Positions 33,681-46,474 of a stretch of 64,000 nucleotides of DNA are shown piece by piece. Numbering within the stretch: the first letter of the stretch is position 1; each line of letters begins with the position of its first letter. The stretch comes from Neocallimastix sp. 'constans'. Taxonomy: Eukaryota. The stretch is taken from positions 248,001 through 312,000 of the forward strand of contig JBODTK010000120.1 of assembly GCA_050613775.1 (NCBI GenBank), written 5' to 3'. Under the pieces are notes generated by a model, which saw only the letters and a list, made by a program, of their open reading frames with translations, was not told the DNA's origin and made no database searches. The translations under genes were made by a program, and so were the position numbers.

Positions 33681-34187
33681 TTAATTCTTGTTGTAAATAA
33701 CCATATGATAATCCTCTTCTTTTCCTTCAAAATTTCCCCATGATAAGTAATTATGAATATAAGATTCTTGGTCATGAAATTTAATTTCTTTAATTTCACA
33801 TCTTCCAGTAAAGCCATTTTTCTTATAGAATTCTTCTAAATTTTTAGAAGCAGGAACTAAACAAATTTTATCATAATTTTGCTTGCAATAGCTCAATAAT
33901 GCTGTCATACGTCCCTTCTTTCTATACTTCTCTAAAGTACAAGCAGCAAAGATATATTTAATTGGACTTCCTTGGTATTCACCATCAACCACAAAAAGGT
34001 GAGAGACAAGATTTTTATTTTCATCAAAAATACCAAATATTTTTGAATTTTTCACACAATCAATGAATTTTTTAAATTCTGCTACCGAATCATCAAAACA
34101 TTTGTGACAATTTACAGGAACGATATTATTAATAATATTTTCATCTTTAATTTGTATTACTGTATATTGTGTTTCAGCTTTTTCCAT
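33681..34187 (-). CDS. GNAT-family N-acetyltransferase, copy 1 (168 aa, intronless)
   Basis: Acetyl-CoA-binding motif A YIFAACTLEKYRKKGRMTALL and motif B LVPASKNLEEFYKKNGF. Confidence 0.9.
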   Translation of the reverse strand: MEKAETQYTVIQIKDENIINNIVPVNCHKCFDDSVAEFKKFIDCVKNSKIFGIFDENKNLVSHLFVVDGEYQGSPIKYIFAACTLEKYRKKGRMTALLSYCKQNYDKICLVPASKNLEEFYKKNGFTGRCEIKEIKFHDQESYIHNYLSWGNFEGKEEDYHMVIYNKN

Positions 34188-34334
34188 TTTTCTTTTTTTC
34201 TATTACTTTTTTTTTTCTTTTATATATATATATATATATATTTTATTTTAACTAATAACTTTTTATTTAATTTTGAAATAAATAAAATCTAAAAATAAAC
34301 ACTTTTTTTATGTATTTATATATACATATTAAAT

Positions 34335-34942
34335 AATAAAATAGACATAAAATAAAATATATGAATAAAAATGTCTTTTATTTTTACTAAAATAGACATA
34401 TCATGAAGTATATTAGTAAAATGGACATCAAACATATTTATAATTATTAATAAAATTGATATAATTTTACATAAAAAATTATATTTTATATCAAACATTA
34501 TAAAATTTATAATATATAAAATTAGATATATTAAAGTGTATTGTAATTATATAAATTTACATAGAACTAAAAAATAAAATAGACATAAAATAAAATATAT
34601 GAATAAAAATTTCTTTAATTTTTATTAAAATAGAAATATCATAAAGTATATTAGTAAAATGGCCGCCAAACATATTTATAATTATTAATAAAATTGATAT
34701 AATTTTACATAAAAAATTATATTTTATATCAAACCTTATAAAATTTATAATATATAAAATTAGATATATTAAAGTGTATTGTAATTATATAAATTTACAA
34801 AGAATTAAAAAATAAAATAGACATAAAATAAAATATATGAATAAAAATTTCTTTAATTTCTATTAAAATAGAGATATCATAAAGTATATTAGTAAAATGG
34901 CCGCCAAACATAGTTATAATTATTAATAAAATTGATATAATT
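34335..34942. repeat. 238-bp tandem repeat, ~2.5 copies, upstream of GNAT copy 1
   Basis: ATAGACATAAAATAAAATATATGAATAAAAAT starts at 34341, 34579 and 34817 (period 238); the units are near-identical. Confidence 0.93.
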
Positions 34943-35780
34943 AAAAAATTCCAATTAATTATTTCTAATATAATATATAATTAAGTAATTAATTAGCAAA
35001 TGGAAAAAAATGTAAAAATTTGTGAAATCTTTTGAGAAAAGAACAAATTATAATTAACAAAAAATATAAATATAATTTTATATATGAAAAGAAAAAAAAA
35101 TCAAAAGATGATAAGTGTACTGAATATAAAATGAAAAAGAATTAATTTATAATGGGAGTAATAGAAAGGTCATCGTTGAATTATAGTAAATTTGTTTAAT
35201 TGATTTAAATAATTTTATATATTAAAAGATTATAAAAATGAAAACTTTTATAACTTTTTATATATATATTTAAAATTCTAATTGTTATTAACATTTTAAT
35301 AATAAAATATAAAATAAAATATATTATATTATATTTAAATAATATAAAAATATTAAATAGATATAAAAAAGACATTAAATAATGAAATATATAAAACACA
35401 TTTATGAAAATGAACTTTTTTTATTTAAATGTATAATTATGTTTTTTTTATATAAATAAATGATTTAAATAATTTATATATTTATTTATTTATTTTATTT
35501 ATATATTTATTATTTTTAAACATCATATTTTCGTAAATAAAAATTGACGAAATACTTTACACTCACATAAAATATATAAACAATTTAAATATATATATAT
35601 ATCTACTTAATAAATACTTTAGAAAAATTGAACACTAATAAAGCCACTTACATATAATACAAATCAAAAGTTTGTAATATTATAAATATAATATTTATAA
35701 TACAAACTTCTAAAAATATATATTAGTTCAATTAATTTTATATATAGATATGTATTTAATACTTTTTTATTATTTATATA

Positions 35781-36287
35781 TTAATTCTTATTGTAAATAA
35801 CCATATGATGATCATTTTCTTTTCCTTCGAAATTTCCCCATAATAAGAAATTACGAATATAAGGTTCTTCATCGTGAAATTTAATTTCATTGTTTTCACA
35901 TCTTCCAGTAAAGCCATTTTTCTTATAGAATTCTTCTAAGCTTTCATTACCAGGAGTTAAACAAATTTTATCATAATTTTGCTTGCAATAGCTCAATAAT
36001 GCTGTCATACGTCCCTTCTTTCTATACTTCTCCAAAGTACAAGCAGCAAAGATATATTTAATTGGACTTCCTTTGTATTCACCATCAACCACAAAAAGTT
36101 GAGAGACAAGATTATTATTTTCATCAAAAATACCAAATATTTTTGAATTTTTCACACCATCCATAAATTTTTTAAAATTAGGTACGATTTCTTCAAAACA
36201 ATTACAATTATTTACAGGAACCACATTATTAATAATATTTTCATCTCTAATTTGTATTACTGTATATTGTGTTTCAGCTTTTTCCAT
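35781..36287 (-). CDS. GNAT-family N-acetyltransferase, copy 2 (168 aa, intronless)
   Basis: Paralogue of 33681-34187, offset by 2100 bp, with an identical motif A and homologous 3' flank. Confidence 0.9.
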   Translation of the reverse strand: MEKAETQYTVIQIRDENIINNVVPVNNCNCFEEIVPNFKKFMDGVKNSKIFGIFDENNNLVSQLFVVDGEYKGSPIKYIFAACTLEKYRKKGRMTALLSYCKQNYDKICLTPGNESLEEFYKKNGFTGRCENNEIKFHDEEPYIRNFLLWGNFEGKENDHHMVIYNKN

Positions 36288-36756
36288 TTTTCTTTTTTCC
36301 TATCTTTCTTTTTTATTTTTATTTGTATTTATACTCTTTTTTTTTTTTTTTTTTTTTTGAAAAGAAGAAAATTAAAAATTAATTTGAACTTTTTATATAT
36401 TGTCAGAATATATGAAAAATTCGTTAGATTGGTGAAGTGTGTTTCTAAAATTTTCACACAGAAAGTGACTTATTAATTAAATTATATAAAGCCACTTTCT
36501 TATTCACAAAAATATATAAATATATATATACATATTAATATCAATATTAATTAAAATCTTCTTTCTCAATATATTTGAATTATTATAATTCAAATACATT
36601 TTAGTAATAAAATTGGATATAATAAAATATAATGTAGTTCATGTAATATACAAGCCACAATGTATTAATATAAAGAATTTAAATGATATAATTAAATTTT
36701 TAAACTTTTTCGTAATGAAAATAATAAAAATGATAAGGATATAAAAATAAACTTTA

Positions 36757-36803
36757 AAAAATAGACATTAAAAATAATTTAATATTTTCTAATGTCTATT
36801 TTT
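36757..36803. promoter_or_regulatory. 14-bp perfect inverted repeat upstream of GNAT copy 2
   Basis: AAAAATAGACATTA-N19-TAATGTCTATTTTT; the same core is iterated in the 238-bp repeat. A regulatory role is inferred. Confidence 0.45.
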
Positions 36804-37363
36804 AAGTCTAGTAATTATTAACATATTGAAAAAAGTGTGAAAATCGGAATTAAGTGAAACAATCGAGAAAAGGAACAAATTGTTATTAATGTAAAATATA
36901 ATTTTATATATTAGTTGTAGCTGGATGATATGATCAAGACTTACAAGGGATAGTCTAAAAAAAAAAAAAAAAAAAAAAATTATTAATTTGAATTTAAATA
37001 TATATGTAATGTTATCATCAACATAGTCTTATTATAATTAATAATATATAAATAATGATACTTTTCTAAATATTTTATAAATATATTAAATATTAATTTA
37101 TTTACTTAAAATACTCTAATGTTTTTTTTACTTTTATAAATTAATACAAATACCTTATTTATTAATAGGGTAATATTCTTTATCAAATATACATGATGTT
37201 TATAAATATTTATAGTATATAAATATATATATAAATAAATAAAAATAAAAATAAACACAAATACAAATATATATATATATATATAAATATTAAAATAATA
37301 AATAAAAAAAATTAATAAAAAGATAATACATAAATATATATATATATATATATAAATATATAT

Positions 37364-38500
37364 ATTGAAATAAAAAAAATGATGGATTTGATATTAAAGG
37401 CTTTTTAGAAATAGACAATGATATTAGATTTAAAAATTTAAATAAATATTGTAAATTTTATAAAATATGTTTATCAAACTATCCACTTAAAAATGAAGAC
37501 ACAATAAAATTATATGATGGAACAATTAATAATATTAATTTAAAAAATTATGAAATAAATTATTCCATTACAAATGGGGATACTTTTATAGGTAGCCCTA
37601 TATTTAAAAAAAAAAGATGATTCGAAAGTAATAGGAATAAAACTGGAAGAAAAAATAAAATTGGATTATTGCTTAAAGATATAATTCAAGAATTCTATAA
37701 TAAAATTACATTAATACAAGATACAGTAAATAATAGTAAGATAATAATTTGCCTAATTAATAGTAATAGGTATATAAAAATATATGATAGGAATTTTGTA
37801 AATAAAAATAAACAATGTAGGATAATTATAAATAAGATAAAGCAAGAAATATGTGAAGAAATAGATATTACAATGTTTGATTATGAACTAAAAATAAATA
37901 AATTTTTTGAAGTAAAACTAAAAAATTTAGATGGACTTGAAGATTTTTTCTGTATGTTTTATGGAAGCCAATTATTATATTCTTTACCTTATATATCAAA
38001 ATTAAACACAAAAAATATTATGAGTTTTAATGGTTTTAGATCACTTGAAAGGTTACCTGATGTATTAAACTGGGATACAAGTAATGTAATTGATATTTGT
38101 TTTATGTTTAAAGGATGTACCTCATTTAAAAAAATTGCCATATATTTCGAAATGGAATGCAAATAATGTTGAAAAAATGGCGAGCTTATTTGAAGAATGC
38201 TCTTCATTGAAAGCTTTGCCGGACATCTCAAATTGGAACACAGAAAAAACTCAAAAAATCAACTTTTTATTTAATTTTTGTAAAGATATAATTTCTAGAT
38301 ATTTCAAAATGGAAAACAGATAATCTCGTTGATATGACTGCTGTAATATGAATTTTATGTTCGAAGAATGTTCATCTTTGAAACAGATACTAAAAATTGG
38401 AAAATGGACATAAAATAAAAATGTACTTTTAAAAGAAATGTTTACATCATTCATATCATTAGTTGATATTCCAGAGAAATTAGGATTAGGGGTTATAAAT
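37364..38500 (+). pseudogene. Pseudogene: partial trypsin-like protease domain fused to DUF285/BspA-like repeats
   Basis: IEIKKNDGF..FLEIDND...NYP...G.I..I...GDTFIGSPIF, a frameshift, then KVIGI. Followed by repeats such as LPDVLNWDTSNVIDICFMFKGCTS and LPYISKWNANNVEKMASLFEECSSLKALPDISNWNT. Several frameshifts and stops; no introns apparent. Confidence 0.8.
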
Positions 38501-38873
38501 ATAATAAGGATTATATAAAAAGTTTATTATTTATATAAGCCACATTACTCGATCATGTATTTCACAATATGGCTTATAAAATAAAATCATACATTTTTAA
38601 GATATTTTATACAATCATATATAAATATATAAATAATAATATATTCTCTTAAAAAGAATTATAAAAAATTACTTTTTTTATAAAAAATTATTTTTACAAT
38701 TGGATATTAATAAATTATATATATATAAAAAGAATATTTATTATTTATTTAATTATTATTTATTTAATTTTTAAAAAAAACAAGCCAAATATAAAATACG
38801 CCACATATGAAAATGCACGATTGTGAAATCTATATTCATATAATATTATAAATATAATTAAATAAAAACGTAA

Positions 38874-39555
38874 ATGCCAAAATTTTTGGTCAAAAGCTGG
38901 TCAGTTTGTAGCAGAAAAACTATCAGGTACTCGTACCCAAGACAAAGATATCTTAAAAGCTTGTGAACAAATGAAAATCATAGAAAAAAGATTATTTTCA
39001 CTAAAATCTGTTCTCCAAAATTTTATATTCTATTCTAAAAATTTCAAAAAATATTTCTCAGACTTTAATTCATCAATAAAATTAATATATAATAATTCTC
39101 CATTTTATAATTTCAGTGAAGAAATAACTGTTAAACATCAAGTAATTCAAGCTAAATTTGAAGAAATGAATAAAAAAATAAATACTTTATTTTCAAAAAC
39201 TTCAGAATGGAACATTATTTTTGATTCTGCAAAAGAGATAATAAAAACAAGGGAAGAAAAAAGAAAAATATATGACCATTATGAAGGAAAATTATAGAAA
39301 TTAAACAAAACTTGTAAAAGAAATCAAAAATATATAGAAAGAAAAAGGAAAACAAAGCAACATCAGAATATGAAGAAATATCTGAAAAGACTTTTAATAC
39401 TATAAATAGCTCATTAAAAATAGCATATAAACTAGCTAATCCTATTATTGATGAAATTATAACAGCTGAAAAACAATTATTTGAGGAAATTGGTATATCT
39501 TTAACTTGGTTTTCTAATAATACTGTAAGGCTGTTAAAAATCTCAAGCAGTATCA
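38874..39555 (+). pseudogene. Pseudogene of a BAR-domain (amphiphysin-like) protein
   Basis: ATG at 38874 with a +1 frameshift gives FWSKAGQFVAEKLSGTRTQDKD...IKTREEKRKIYDHYEGKL* (TAG 39295-39297). A second frameshift continues KATSEYEEISE...NPII. The pattern of an N-terminal amphipathic helix, TxD and YDHY is BAR-like. Confidence 0.65.
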
Positions 39556-39681
39556 ATACCGGTTGTAATGCGTCTACTACGCCGCCAATAACGAAAAATT
39601 TTTTGTGCGGCAGAGCAAGGAAATTTATAATAAGGTATGGAAAATTGACAGGACTTATAAATACAGCCTGACTTCCGAACA

Positions 39682-39928
39682 AAATAATAAATAATAAATA
39701 ATAAATAATAAATAATAAATAATAAATAACAAATAATAAATAATAAATAATAAATAATAATAATAATAAATAATAAATAGTAAACAATAAATAATAAATA
39801 ATAATTAATAAATAATAATTAATAAATAATAAATAATAAATAATAATTAATAAATAATAAATAATAAATAATAAATAATAAATAATAAATAATAAATAAT
39901 AAATAATAAATAATAAATAATAAATAAT
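39682..39928. repeat. (AAATAAT)n heptamer satellite
   Basis: Directly visible; the same unit occurs in the opposite orientation at ~62800-63020. Confidence 0.9.
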
Positions 39929-40246
39929 TGAATAATAAAAAATTAATAATTGAATAATTGAATTATAATTTTATTTTTATTTTTATAGAACGATGTCACT
40001 TTTTTTTTTTTTTTTTTTCATAATTTGTCATGAGAATTTTTGCCACTTATATAAAATGAAAAGTTTATTTAAAATTATAATACTTTATTTTTCTTTTTTT
40101 TCTTTTTTTCTTTTTTCTTCATTTTAATTATAAAATAATTTATAAATGAATAATATCTATAGAGATATAGATATTTATTATAATAATTGTTAAACCAAAT
40201 AGAAAATATTCATTATTAGTCACTATATATAAAAGATAAAAAGTAA

Positions 40247-40280
<34 letters not shown>

Positions 40281-41101
40281 CATTATAAAAATTAATTACA
40301 TAATATTTAAATTCTATAATACTACAGAATTATTTAATATTATTATACTATAAAATATTTATAGAATAAAATAAAAAAATTATTAATATCTTGTTTAAGG
40401 TGGAAAAAAAATATTTAATTAAAGTTTAAAATTATATCTTTTCGTTTATCAAATTGATAAAAAATAATTCAATTTTTTTTTTTTTTTTTTTCATTTTTTT
40501 ATCATTATTTGTTTTATTTGTTTTATTTTTTTTATTTTTGTATATATAAATTAATCAATGCATATTATAAAAAAATTAATAATATGTTATTAAAATAAAA
40601 TTATCATAATCAATGATAGATTATATAATTAAAAACAAAAAGTGATGTTTTAATAATCCAACAAAAAAAAATTTTTTTTTATTCTATAATAAATAAGAAA
40701 TAAATAAATTTATTTAAAAACACCTATTAAATACTAAATAATATCTATTATTTTTCAATTTCGATTTCGATTTAGATTTGAATTTTTCGATATATTATTA
40801 ATTCATAATCTATATTATTATATAGATAAATAAATTATAACAATTATTTAAATATAATAAATATATAACAATAATAAATATAAATATAATTATAATAATA
40901 ATATAATAATAATAATTAATATATATATTATATTTTCATTCATTTTTTCTCTTAACAACCTCTTCCAATTACTAATTATCTAAGTTAATTAAGTGTATGG
41001 AACAAGTTATTAATATAATTAATAATCATGTCATCATCCATTCTACAATTATTAATTTTCCTATTTTTTTTTTAATTAATCATTAATTAATTAATATATA
41101 A

Positions 41102-41186
<85 letters not shown>

Positions 41187-43124
41187 CTTAAAGTATATTT
41201 TATTAAAAATTTTTAATTCAATTTTCATTGTATTAACTTTAAATATTATATATATTACAATATATTATGTATATATATTATTTAATGGCAATTAACTTTA
41301 ATTAAACTTTTTTTTTTAAATTTAATTATCATTTAATTAATTTTTTTTTTTAATTTTAAAACTTTTATTATTTAAAATCATTTTATTTTTAATTATTCAT
41401 TTTTATATTTTATTAATCGTTTTTATTTTATTTTACTTTATATTTTATTATTATTGATTATATAATATAATATATATAATATATATAATTTTTATTTATT
41501 TCAGTTATTATATAATATATAATACAAATAATATTTATTAATATTATTATTTTTTTAAAACTTCTATATTAATTCTATTTTATGATTAGTAATAATAATT
41601 ATTTAGTTATAATAAATTTTTAAAGCAGGTTAAAGAGAGTTTTTTTTTTTTTTTTTGTTATAATTGTAAATAATATTATATAAATTTATGATATTGTTAA
41701 TTATTGAAATAAAAAAGTTTATTATTTATTAAAAGAAAAAAAAAAAAAAAAAAAAAAAAGAGGCATTTCAAAATAGATGAATAAAGGTATTTGGATTAAA
41801 TATCATTAAGAAAGTTTTTTAACATAAAAAAAAAAGGAGATTAAAATAAATGATATATAAATTTTATTAATTATAATTTTGTAATTGTTCCATTATTAAG
41901 TTAGTATTTTTTTTTTCCTGCAGATAAAAAAATAATATTGAAATCTTTTTCATAATAAAAGAAAGAATTAAAGTAAGCAAATAAAATAAAATAAAAAAAT
42001 GAAAATAGTTAAATGTTAACTTCATACGAATAAAGAATATAGATAAAATAATTTTGAATGTAGTAGAATTAAAATTGATTCTATTATAATAATAATATTA
42101 TTGTATAAATTTATATATAAAAAAATTTTTTTTCATTTAATTAATATAAAAAATTTTAATTTTATTAAAATTAATTTAATTTTATTTTTTTTATTTCATT
42201 TTTCGAATTTATATAATAAATTAGGTTATATAAAATATGAGTTAATTAATTTTTCTTCTTCTTCTTCTTCTTTTTTTTTTTTTAATATTTCTTTATTCTT
42301 TTTTTTTTTTTTTTTTATTGTTAAATTTTGTTTTTTCTTGTTAATATATATATTTAAGTTTAATTGTATTTTAGTTTGACTCGTAATTTCTTTTAAAAGT
42401 TTATAATGAAATATTGAAAAAAAAAACTTTTTTCTTATCACTTGTTATATAAATCTTTTCAATTTTGTTTTTATTACAATTATTTTTTTTTTAAGAAAAA
42501 TAACAATCAAGAAATTAAATTATAAATTTAATTCAATTATACCTCAGTAATAACTCATTAAATAAAATATTATTATATTATTCATTATTTATATTATATA
42601 AACAAATAAAATATTTTTAAAATATTTTTTACCTTTTTTGTTATATGAAAAAGCGAACAAAAAAAAAAAAAAAAACAATATAGAATAAAAAATTATTTAC
42701 AGAATTAAAAGTAATAATAAAAAAAGATTAAATATTTATATTTATATAAGTGTAAAAATATATAGTTATTTAAAATAATTAAAGTTGTTAATAATAATAT
42801 AAAAAATTTTTTTTTTGAAAACTATCATTAATAATTTATAAATGCAAATAAAATAAATAATATAACTCTCATTTTATATATAAGATAGTTAAAAATATAT
42901 TCGTTTAATTTGTAAATAATTTATTTATTAATTTAAAAGGTAAATTTGTTTTTTCTATATATATAGTTCAAAAAATTCATTTAAATGTTTAACAATATTA
43001 TATTATTATTACTAATATTAATAAATAAAATATAATATTTATTTATATAAAATAAAAATGATTTAATTTAAATATTATAATATCTATTTTATTACAAATA
43101 TTTATAATAAAAGAAGAAAAAAAA

Positions 43125-44804
43125 ATGTTATTATCCATTTGTACTGGTAAGAAATACAGAAAAAATAAAAATAAAATTCATTCTGATATTGATGAAGTTG
43201 ATGACGAAAATAGTATTGCACCTGTTATATTCCAACAAAAACATATTGATTTACCAACAAATCCACAATTTGATGATGAATTAGATACAAGAAGAAATAA
43301 AAAAGGGATTTCTATATATGTTGGTGGACAATTAACACCTGCTATTCCTCCTCCAAATTTAAATATTGTTACCGGTCGTAATCATAATACCTACAATAAT
43401 AATAATAATAATAATAATAATCATTTTGATATTGATTATGCAGCTATAAATGATGAAGTACCACCAAAAATTAAACCACGTAAAGAAAGCTATGGTCAAA
43501 AAATTATAGATACCAGTTCAATAGGTTCAATATCATTTTCCGATGCTGATAAAAGTATTATTTCTCATAGACGTTATTCATCTCATATAACTAGAAGTTC
43601 AATTTCATCACATCATGAACGTCGTCGTCATTATTCCGATGGTCCAGATAATTCATTTTATGATGAAGTTTCAATGTATGAACTTAGTCGTTTTAATTAC
43701 TTTGATTTAAATGAAGCGGCTATTAACAATACTTCACATAAAAACACAAATAATGAAGAAATAAGTCAAAATATATATTTAAAACATTCTTCAGAGGAAC
43801 AAAATTTAATGTCCTTCCCTGAAGAAAGTTTAATCCATACTAACAATAAAAAACATCTTTCCTCATCAAATATTAATAATTTACCAAATGAAATAATAGA
43901 AATTAATGAAAATTATATAAATCCTAATAATACTAATAATGATAAAGATAATGATAATATAAATGTTAATAATAATAATAATAATAATGATATTAATAAT
44001 ATTGAACTATCTGAAAGAAATTCACAATCTTCAAATTCTTCATCGATTTCACTATCAAAATCAAAATCAAAAAGTAATGATACAAATAAAACTTTTCATT
44101 CTGAACATATAATAGAATCTGGTAAAAATTCGTCAAAGTCTGAGATATTAGAGTCTTCAGAATCAGAAATGAAAACTAAAAATAATAAATCATTGAATAA
44201 ATCCGACGGAAATATAAATAGTGGTATAAATAATGATACTACATTAAAAGATCCTTCCCCAAATAAAGATGGTAGTGATGAAATACCAACCTTAACTAAT
44301 AATAAAGATGCAGATACCACAGAAAATAATATTGATAGCATGAATTCCATGGAAAAATTAAAATATATTGAAAATTCTTATGATCGAATTGTAGGCAGTG
44401 CTCTTCCAATGGTAGAAAATAATAATAAGGAAGAATATATTAATCAAAATAATAATGTTAAAATAACAGAAGATTTAAATGAATATTCCTTACAAGATGA
44501 ATCTTCACTTTTTGATGATGCACCTCAAGAAATTCGTGCAAGTTATCCAATTCCTTCACCCAAAAAGAAAATAAAAATATTAATTTTTGGTACAAGAGAT
44601 TCTTGGTATATACAATATGAAAATGGAGAAGAATCTTGGAATAATATACCAACATTTTTACAATGGAGACTTGAGGTAATTTATATTAAAGAAAAATTAT
44701 TTTTAGTTATTTTATTATTTATTTAATTTTTTATTGAAACATTTTTTTTTAAAGAAAAATTATATTTATTTAATTTTTAATATTATTATTATTACTATTA
44801 TTAC

Positions 44805-44871
<67 letters not shown>

Positions 44872-45863
44872 TATTTGTTATTATTATTAATGATATTTAT
44901 TGATATTATTATTATTATTATTATTATTTTATCAATAAGATTCAAAGAAAAATAAATCCAAATATACCGGTAACTTGGATTTCTATGAGTAATGATGGTT
45001 GGTGTTGGTTTGTAAGATTTGCTGATGGTTCTATAGCATGGAGAACCACTATTGTTTCTTTACATTTACTTTTAGAAAAACATCATACTAAAGGAACAGT
45101 ATCAAAAGTGACTTTTTGTCGTAATAATGGATGGGTAGTGATTTTTTGTGATGGACAGGTGACCTATAGTGATATTCCATATTCATTAGAAGCCGAATTA
45201 CAAAATTTCCCACATCATCTAGAAGATGTTACTATTTCTGGAAGAAAAGAATGGGTAATTAGAAGAAATATGATTATTAATAATAATGATGATAACAGAA
45301 ATCATTTAAAATCTTATTCTATACAAAGAAGTGGCTATTATACTTGGAGTAATGGATTATCCTCCTTTATACAAGATAATCTAATTCATAGAAATAGAAA
45401 TATAAGAAATATTGTTTTGTGTTCCGGAACCAGTAAATCTTATTTCTTACAATATAATAATTATCATTCAGCTTTCCGTCATCATGTTTCTCTTACCAAT
45501 GAAATTAATAACTTTAAACCCGGTAAAAAACCATATCTTAATCCATTTAACGTACGTTTTACTACTCATACGGTATCCGTACATATCAAAACAGATACAA
45601 ATGTTAGAGATCTTGTTAGAGGCGTTCGAAGTAAAGCCATTACTTTTCATCAGTTACCTGTATTAAGGGTCATTCAAGATCCAAGAGATGGTCGTTGGTG
45701 GGCTCTAGATAATTATTGGCTTTGGGTATTAAAAGAAGCAGGTATTCGTAAAGTAACTGTTGAAATTCTTCCATGGACTAAAGAATTCTTAAAAAGTGTT
45801 CATGGAAAATGGGATATTACAGTTATTAATGAAGATTATAAATCTTATGATTATTTAAACTAA
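43125..45863 (+). CDS. Two-exon uncharacterised protein (~824 aa): low-complexity N-terminus, five ~40-aa repeats, C-terminal ParB/sulfiredoxin-like domain
   Basis: Exon 1 is 43125-44675 (GAG|GTAATT) and exon 2 is 44940-45863 (AAG|ATT); they join in frame. The C-terminus reads LNPFNVRFT...LPVLRV...WWALDNYWLWVLKEAG..KVTVEI. Confidence 0.8.
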
Positions 45864-45994
45864 AAAAAAAAAAATAAATAAATAAATATATATAACAACC
45901 CAAATAGTAGTATTTTTATTATAACTGCTACTATTAAAAAAAAATACAATACGAATACTATTAGCAATTTGTTATTAATAATATTAAGAAATAC

Positions 45995-46030
<36 letters not shown>

Positions 46031-46443
46031 ATATAGATAAAAAAATAATTATTTTTTATTTTATTTTATTTTTTATTATTTTTTTTATCTTCGTTATTAT
46101 ATATGTTTATTAATCTATATCTATATATATATATATAACGAAGATTATTCATTTGAAATTCAAAAAAAAAAAAAAAAAAAAAAAAAATGGATTGACAATA
46201 AGTTGATATTAAATTATAATTTTTTTCTTCTCCATTATTTTTTTCATTTTTCTTTTCTTAACTTTTAAAATTTTTTTATTTTTTTATTTTTTTATTTTTT
46301 TTTTTTTTTTTTTTTTCATTTTTATTTTAAAATAAGAATTTTGTTTAATTTTTTTTATTTTTTATTTTCTTTTTTTAAATATTTAAATTTATGATATCTA
46401 TGATAATTCTCATAATTTTTTTTAATTTTTTTTTGTTTTATAA

Positions 46444-46474
<31 letters not shown>

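Noticed and set aside
34335..34942. CRISPR-like reading of the 238-bp or 18-bp repeats
   Set aside because: The units are head-to-tail with no unique spacers, there are no cas genes, and the context is eukaryotic.
38480..38494. Telomere-like TTAGGATTAGGGG after the DUF285 pseudogene (also GATTGGGATTGGG at ~48572)
   Set aside because: Only two imperfect units, and both are explained by LGLG codons.
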